Source: an uncultured Candidatus Saccharibacteria bacterium (GTDB taxonomy: Bacteria; Patescibacteriota; Saccharimonadia; CAILAD01; BJGX01). Taken from it: 64,000 bases of DNA. The stretch lies in contig CAZKFZ010000004.1 of the NCBI GenBank assembly GCA_964552475.1, positions 22,283-86,282 on the forward strand, in the 5' to 3' direction. Position numbers and translations under genes: made by a program. Each line of letters begins with the position of its first letter. The stretch's first letter is position 1. The notes beneath the pieces are model-generated. The model searched no databases. It was given only the letters and a program-made list of their open reading frames with translations, and was not told where the DNA came from. Below are positions 58,825-64,000 of the stretch, one piece after another.

Positions 58825-61800
58825 TTACTGCAATCGTGGCTGATACTCGTTGGGGTCTATCTCTAGCCCTGTATTGATATCGCTATCTTTCTTGCTTAGT
58901 CCTGGTGCTGGGAAGGCAAGTGATTGGACTGTAAGAATAACTTTTTCTGCAGCAGTGGGTGCATCTTTGTTGTAGGCTCTGCGACCAAAATTAATTGGCC
59001 CACCACTTGCCCACAATCCATTAGCTACTAGATTGTTAGAGCAGCCTGGGTTGTTTCCGAGACTAACAGACTCACCACAACTATATATAGAGCCTGTAGC
59101 GATAATAGTGGCATCAATTCTGGTTACTGAATTCGAAATATACACATCTCCCTCAACAAATATTGCAAAGTTAGGCAATTGACTTGGTGCAGATAATGTA
59201 ACGGTAGCTGGGTAAGTTATGTTTTGGGTAACAGATACAACACTCGGTTCGGTTACGTTGTTCGCCGGAGTGACCCATAGAGTTCCTCTACCGCTTACTG
59301 TAAGCGCTGCACCAGGTGTGAGGTTAAATACATTCGATGGAGCGGCACCAGTTTCTTTTTTCTGAATACCACCACCGGCAGAAGGGCTGGGGTTGTAAGT
59401 TTGCACAATATTTGGGCTACCAACTGGACAGGTTGGGCTACCAACAGGTGTTCCATCTGTACAAACTGGACCATTTGCGTCTGTACAGCCTAGGTTTAGG
59501 TTGGTATCAATCGCTGTGCCTACAATAGCTGTATTGTGTGGTATACACTTGCTTTTGGCGTCCCCTACACCCGCTCCATTTTTTAACCAGGCCGATTCTA
59601 CTGAGCTAGCAACAGCGCCAAAATCTATACTGGCCGGGCTATAGCCACCTGTTGCACATGAGGTCTGAACGCTCGATTGAGCGACACCTAGATTGTATAA
59701 ATTGAACGAACAGAAGTTATTGCCAGATCCGCTACCTACTACTAAGTACTTGGCTTCTGCAGAAGGTAAAGCCAGGTTGGCCGCACTACTGTAACGACGA
59801 CCCCCAGGGTTATCGTTGAGGTTGCTAGCTAAACCAAGGCTTTGACCTACTATCTTACCAACACTACGCACATCACCACCATCGGTTTGAAGCCATGGGT
59901 AGTATTGTGCAGAGTTAATTACTACATTAACATCACTAGTGGCGCTAGAAGGGTTGCTGCCGGTGTTGCCATTACAGGTAATTCTATAAGTAATGGTATT
60001 TGAAGCAGCTGTATCGGCATTGTGGTTTTCGCCAGTCGAGTTGTTTGTAGCTTTGGCCCCAGACCAAGTGGTAATGGCGGGGTTCGATACAGGTACTGAG
60101 GCACTGCAGCTAGTAACATTGCTACTCGTCCAGGTAAGGCTTAGTGGATCGTTGATGTTTACATATACTGTTCCGGTATTGTTATTTGCCCTTAGAGTAA
60201 CTGATGGTGGTGCCACAACGGTAACTCTCACCGCATCTGTCGCCGTACTCCCAGATGAAGTAGTACAAGAAATATTGTAATCGCGTACGCCGACTGTGGT
60301 GTTGTCTAGACCTACCCCCGAACCACTAGTAGGTTTGGCGCCTGTCCAGGTGTTTGTGGTTGGGGTAGCAGTAGCAGTACAAGGGTTGGTACCAGTCGAT
60401 AGGTTGCTACCACTCCAGCTAGCTGTGAGTGCAGCGCCGGCAGCTACTGTTACGGGTCCATCAGAGTTATTTACCTTGAGATCGACTGTGCCTAAAGGAT
60501 TTTGTTTGGTAACGTCGGTAGAGCAAGATGCCACGCCGCGGTCATTTACAAAAGTAGCAGTGTACCTGTAAGTAGTGCCATTGGGCTGATTACTGTAAGA
60601 AAATGTACCGCCAGACCTGTTAAGACTACCGCTTGCTATTTCATAGGCTGTATTCGATGTATTAAACACGCTTACGCTAGCGGACTCTGCGTTGGTACCT
60701 GTAAAACTTGTATTTACTGGGTTAGTATTGGCAGTAACGGTAAGTGTCGATACTCCAGGAGTACAAGTTGGCATATCTGGTCTATACGCCCAGTATGCAT
60801 TCTTGATTGTGTTAGCGGCTATACCCGACCCTATATTTCGTGCAGCACCACTCGTTGTTGATGTTAGCCCGCTAGTCCAACAGGTAGTGCTGTTTGTACA
60901 AAGAGTATACCCATAAAGCTTCCAGGCAATACCATTAACGGTTATGGTGTTTGGCGCCGATACAGTTGGGTTAAAATTAACACTCGCCCCAGCCTTTGCG
61001 TCACTAACAAAGTTCCATTTTTTATAATTACTTCGAGTAACACAACCTGTACCGCTACAGCTGCTGCTTGCTGGTTTATAGTATATTGTGTTGGTACCGC
61101 TATAGCTCACCGGTGAGTCATCGCTATTATTGGAGGGGTTGTTGTAATTTGTGTCATTTGGCATAGCTGTATACGAACCTGGGTCGCTAAGCTGGGTAGA
61201 AGTGCCGTCCATCAACCTATTTCTAATATCAAAATCAGGGTTAGTAACCACTATTGGTGGTGGTGTATATACTAGAGCGAATCCCTTAGTACCACCGTTG
61301 GTAACGTATTTGTTTGGTAATGAACTCCAGGTACCGTTAGCCGGTGCAGATATGCCGTCGTGAGTAACTGGAGTTGCAGCCCCTACTCCTTTAGAAAAGG
61401 TAAATGCTACCTGTGCACCTGAATCGGTTCTACAATCAAGCGACCAATATGTAGATCCATTGCTCGCAGCAGGAGAAGTAGTTCCATAGCCCAAGACTAC
61501 TGATCTAATCTGGCCACCGTAAACACAGCCAGCTATTGGATTGAAATGAACATCTGATTCACGCTGTTGGGTGTTGTAGTTACTGGAGTCAGTACGTACA
61601 ACATTACTTCCATTATTGCTTTGAACTCTTACGGCAGTATTACTTGAGTAAATCTTATTTCCTTGCGAATCTGTCCAGTACGCCGACACAATAGCCCCAG
61701 CATAACTACCAGTGTCGCCACCCTGAACGCCACAATTTGCTAATGCAGTTTTAGTATTTAGATAAAAGCTTGCCAGTACAGTCGCTAGGCCTAGGCCTAC

Positions 61801-61851
61801 AAACAATAAAATATAAGACTTTTTACTTAACTTACTAAAAAACAATTTCAT
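58825..61851 (-). CDS. Large secreted/surface Ser/Thr/Asn/Gly-rich protein (possible pilus-associated adhesin)
   Basis: 1008 aa with an N-terminal signal/TM segment and a highly biased composition with Cys pairs. It lies directly upstream of pilM. No catalytic motif is present. Confidence 0.45.
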   Translation of the reverse strand: MKLFFSKLSKKSYILLFVGLGLATVLASFYLNTKTALANCGVQGGDTGSYAGAIVSAYWTDSQGNKIYSSNTAVRVQSNNGSNVVRTDSSNYNTQQRESDVHFNPIAGCVYGGQIRSVVLGYGTTSPAASNGSTYWSLDCRTDSGAQVAFTFSKGVGAATPVTHDGISAPANGTWSSLPNKYVTNGGTKGFALVYTPPPIVVTNPDFDIRNRLMDGTSTQLSDPGSYTAMPNDTNYNNPSNNSDDSPVSYSGTNTIYYKPASSSCSGTGCVTRSNYKKWNFVSDAKAGASVNFNPTVSAPNTITVNGIAWKLYGYTLCTNSTTCWTSGLTSTTSGAARNIGSGIAANTIKNAYWAYRPDMPTCTPGVSTLTVTANTNPVNTSFTGTNAESASVSVFNTSNTAYEIASGSLNRSGGTFSYSNQPNGTTYRYTATFVNDRGVASCSTDVTKQNPLGTVDLKVNNSDGPVTVAAGAALTASWSGSNLSTGTNPCTATATPTTNTWTGAKPTSGSGVGLDNTTVGVRDYNISCTTSSGSTATDAVRVTVVAPPSVTLRANNNTGTVYVNINDPLSLTWTSSNVTSCSASVPVSNPAITTWSGAKATNNSTGENHNADTAASNTITYRITCNGNTGSNPSSATSDVNVVINSAQYYPWLQTDGGDVRSVGKIVGQSLGLASNLNDNPGGRRYSSAANLALPSAEAKYLVVGSGSGNNFCSFNLYNLGVAQSSVQTSCATGGYSPASIDFGAVASSVESAWLKNGAGVGDAKSKCIPHNTAIVGTAIDTNLNLGCTDANGPVCTDGTPVGSPTCPVGSPNIVQTYNPSPSAGGGIQKKETGAAPSNVFNLTPGAALTVSGRGTLWVTPANNVTEPSVVSVTQNITYPATVTLSAPSQLPNFAIFVEGDVYISNSVTRIDATIIATGSIYSCGESVSLGNNPGCSNNLVANGLWASGGPINFGRRAYNKDAPTAAEKVILTVQSLAFPAPGLSKKDSDINTGLEIDPNEYQPRLQ

Positions 61852-62825
61852 TACTTATCTACCTTCATATTATCGTAAGTTGCTTGCATCTCTTCGCCCT
61901 GGTTTGTTACATCGGTCATATACACAAAGTAGTAATAGGCGTCTTTAAAGTCTTGTTCTGAGCTTGGAACCGGTACGGTAGAGATTTTGCCGGTCTGTAT
62001 GTCGGTGGGTTTGTTAATTTGCTTGATGCTATTTATGTATTCAACGATAGGTGTCAACTGAACTTGGTTTTGCCAAGTTTCCTGTACATCCGGGCTATCA
62101 CCAAACTGCGTACTATAGCTACCGTCTAAGTAGTACCCATAGCTCAAGCGGCTATCTGACTTAAGTTGCTTGAGAGCTTCTTCTGGAGTTATTTTTTTAT
62201 TCATCAATAACCCGTGGTACTCATCGGCCTTAGCTTTAGCATAATCTTTGTCGGCTTGGGCCATCTCTGCATTACCAAAGTTAGCAGGCGGTTGCCTATA
62301 GGGACTCTTAATGGTTAGATTTGCATAGTAAAATACAAAACTAAAACCTTTCTTACCTTGAGCATTTTTGAGTTCAATGTAGTTGTTCATAGCTACTTTA
62401 TAGCCTACAGTTGCCACCCAAGGGTCAAGTGGCTCTTCTCCTTGAGCAATGTCAGAATATGGTGTTACTAGCAGTGCTTTGCGAATATCGGCATCGGTAA
62501 TTTCTACTTTATATTTTTGAGCCACAGCTTTTAGCTTGGCAGTGTCTATTGTAGTCTGGAACGACTGAGCTTTATCCTGACTGTATTTGTCGGCAGAAAT
62601 ATTTACGGCAGTCTCTACCTCGGCTTTTGGCACCGCTTTGCCGTTAACTACAAAGGCGGCATTGGGGTCTTTGTAGAAATATTGAAAAAACAAATAGCCT
62701 ACCAAAGCAATTGCCAGTAATGCAGACCCAACAATTAAAACAATTTTTAGTGTTTTGTTGGGCTTGTTGGCCTTTTTAGCCTTCTCTGACTTGGGGTTAT
62801 TGGTTTTTTGCGGTTTAGATTCCAT
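61851..62825 (-). CDS. Membrane-anchored hypothetical protein
   Basis: 324 aa with a Lys-rich N-terminus, one TM helix and an extracytoplasmic domain. Its stop overlaps the start of the 1008-aa protein gene. Confidence 0.4.
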   Translation of the reverse strand: MESKPQKTNNPKSEKAKKANKPNKTLKIVLIVGSALLAIALVGYLFFQYFYKDPNAAFVVNGKAVPKAEVETAVNISADKYSQDKAQSFQTTIDTAKLKAVAQKYKVEITDADIRKALLVTPYSDIAQGEEPLDPWVATVGYKVAMNNYIELKNAQGKKGFSFVFYYANLTIKSPYRQPPANFGNAEMAQADKDYAKAKADEYHGLLMNKKITPEEALKQLKSDSRLSYGYYLDGSYSTQFGDSPDVQETWQNQVQLTPIVEYINSIKQINKPTDIQTGKISTVPVPSSEQDFKDAYYYFVYMTDVTNQGEEMQATYDNMKVDK

Positions 62826-62963
62826 AACTCTTACGTTTTATTGTATCAAATACTCAAAATCAAACAAGAGTATAGTACAAAGTTATTTGAGTAGTTAAAA
62901 AAATCAAAATTATACATATAACTATGCTATAAATAAAACCTCTATATCTGATATAATAGCTCA

Positions 62964-64000
62964 ATGAGTCTTTCACTTGGCATAGTGGGTCTACCCAACG
63001 TGGGTAAGTCTACACTTTTTAATGCCTTAACAAAAAACCAAGTACTTGCGGCCAATTACCCATTTGCTACCATTGAGCCCAATGTAGGCATCGTAAATGT
63101 GCCAGACAAACGCATAGAAAAATTAGCTGAGGTATCTAGCTCGGCCAAGACTATTCCGGCAAGCTGCACATTTGTAGATATTGCCGGAATTGTACGTGGT
63201 GCTTCTGAAGGTGCTGGTTTGGGCAATAAATTCTTAAGTCACATACGTGAGTGCTCAGCAATAGTACAGGTAGTACGTGCATTTGTAGACGACGATGTTG
63301 TTCATGTAGAAGGCAAGGTAGATGCCAAAGACGATATCGACACTATTAGGGCCGAACTTTGTCTGGCCGACCTAGCAAGTCTAACTAAACGAATAGAAAC
63401 TCTACAAAAAGAGCTTAAATCTAACCCCAAAGTAAGTAGTGAAATTGCTGAGTTAGAAAAACTAAAATCTACCTTAGATAAAGGTGATCTTATATCTGAC
63501 TATTTTGATGAGCTGCCTGACTCGGCCAGAGACCTACAGCTTATTACCGCCAAGAAGTTTATATATGTATTTAATATAGATGAGAGTGAGCTAGGTGATA
63601 ACGATAAAAATCAACAACTTCAAGCTCTTGTACCCCATTCTCTGTGTGTGTTTTTGTCTGCCAAAACCGAGTCTGAATTGCAAGACTTACCAGACTCAGA
63701 AGCCCAAGAGCTGCTAACTAGCCTAGGCCAAGAAGAATCTGGCCTAGAAAGCCTAGTGAGACTCGGGTACCAAACACTTGGCTTACAAAGCTACTTTACT
63801 AGCGGCCCCAAAGAAACACGCGGCTGGACGATAAGAATTGGCGATACCGCACCACAGGCCGCAGGTGTAATTCATACCGACTTTGAGAATGGTTTTATTA
63901 AAGCCGAGGTGGTTAGCTATGACGATTTTGTGGCAGGTAATGGTTGGGCAGGCGCCAAAGATGCTGGCAAAGTACGATTAGAAGGAAAAGACTATGTTAT
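62964..64000 (+). CDS. ychF: Ribosome-binding ATPase YchF; 3' end runs off the right window edge
   Basis: Starts MSLSLGIVGLPNVGKSTLFNALT... (Obg-family G1 motif) and continues to the window end. A TATAAT box lies at 62951. Absent from the ORF track because it is incomplete. Confidence 0.85.
   Translation, partial: MSLSLGIVGLPNVGKSTLFNALTKNQVLAANYPFATIEPNVGIVNVPDKRIEKLAEVSSSAKTIPASCTFVDIAGIVRGASEGAGLGNKFLSHIRECSAIVQVVRAFVDDDVVHVEGKVDAKDDIDTIRAELCLADLASLTKRIETLQKELKSNPKVSSEIAELEKLKSTLDKGDLISDYFDELPDSARDLQLITAKKFIYVFNIDESELGDNDKNQQLQALVPHSLCVFLSAKTESELQDLPDSEAQELLTSLGQEESGLESLVRLGYQTLGLQSYFTSGPKETRGWTIRIGDTAPQAAGVIHTDFENGFIKAEVVSYDDFVAGNGWAGAKDAGKVRLEGKDYV

Overview
This is a gene-dense, low-GC bacterial chromosomal segment that is mostly coded on the minus strand. 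Its gene content (small housekeeping genes, MurT/GatD, a complete Gram-positive-style type IV pilus operon, many short hypotheticals) suggests a reduced-genome bacterium, possibly a CPR/Saccharibacteria-like organism. That is inference from gene content only.

Housekeeping content, all on the minus strand unless noted:
- an RNase P RNA (rnpB) that the ORF track cannot show;
- five tRNAs: Pro-GGG, Val-GAC, Thr-CGU, Asp-GUC and Arg-CCU (Arg on the plus strand);
- rnhA, uppP, a Hint protein, a membrane-anchored Clp-family AAA+ ATPase, pheA, rpmB (plus strand), an AI-2E transporter, gatD-murT, miaA, thrS, dinB, rplY, a GT4/GT2 polysaccharide synthase pair, ndk, an M16 peptidase, dedA, mnmG, xerC/D (plus strand), and a ychF truncated at the right edge (plus strand);
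- a type IV pilus locus: pilM-N-O, pilB, pilT, pilC, pilin, pilD, pilin, four minor pilins, and a 1008-aa Ser/Thr-rich surface protein.

Between tRNA-Asp and the parvulin gene (29.5-37 kb) lies an accessory-looking block:
- a C-terminal remnant of a serine recombinase overlapping the tRNA-Asp 3' end;
- a SAM methyltransferase and an AlkB-like 2OG-Fe(II) dioxygenase;
- small Cys-containing proteins;
- an orphan promoter-to-terminator unit of about 450 nt with no long ORF, a candidate ncRNA;
- a three-gene module made of a 789-aa AAA_5 (MoxR-like) ATPase with a Pro-rich tail, a 684-aa protein with an N-terminal HExxH motif and a C-terminal vWA/MIDAS domain, and a 137-aa hypothetical protein. This module is the best candidate here for an uncharacterised NTPase-dependent system.

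Other notable points: a 21-nt direct repeat of the tRNA-Val 3' end sits inside the structured thrS leader and looks like an att-like scar, and two near-identical pilin N-termini flank pilD.
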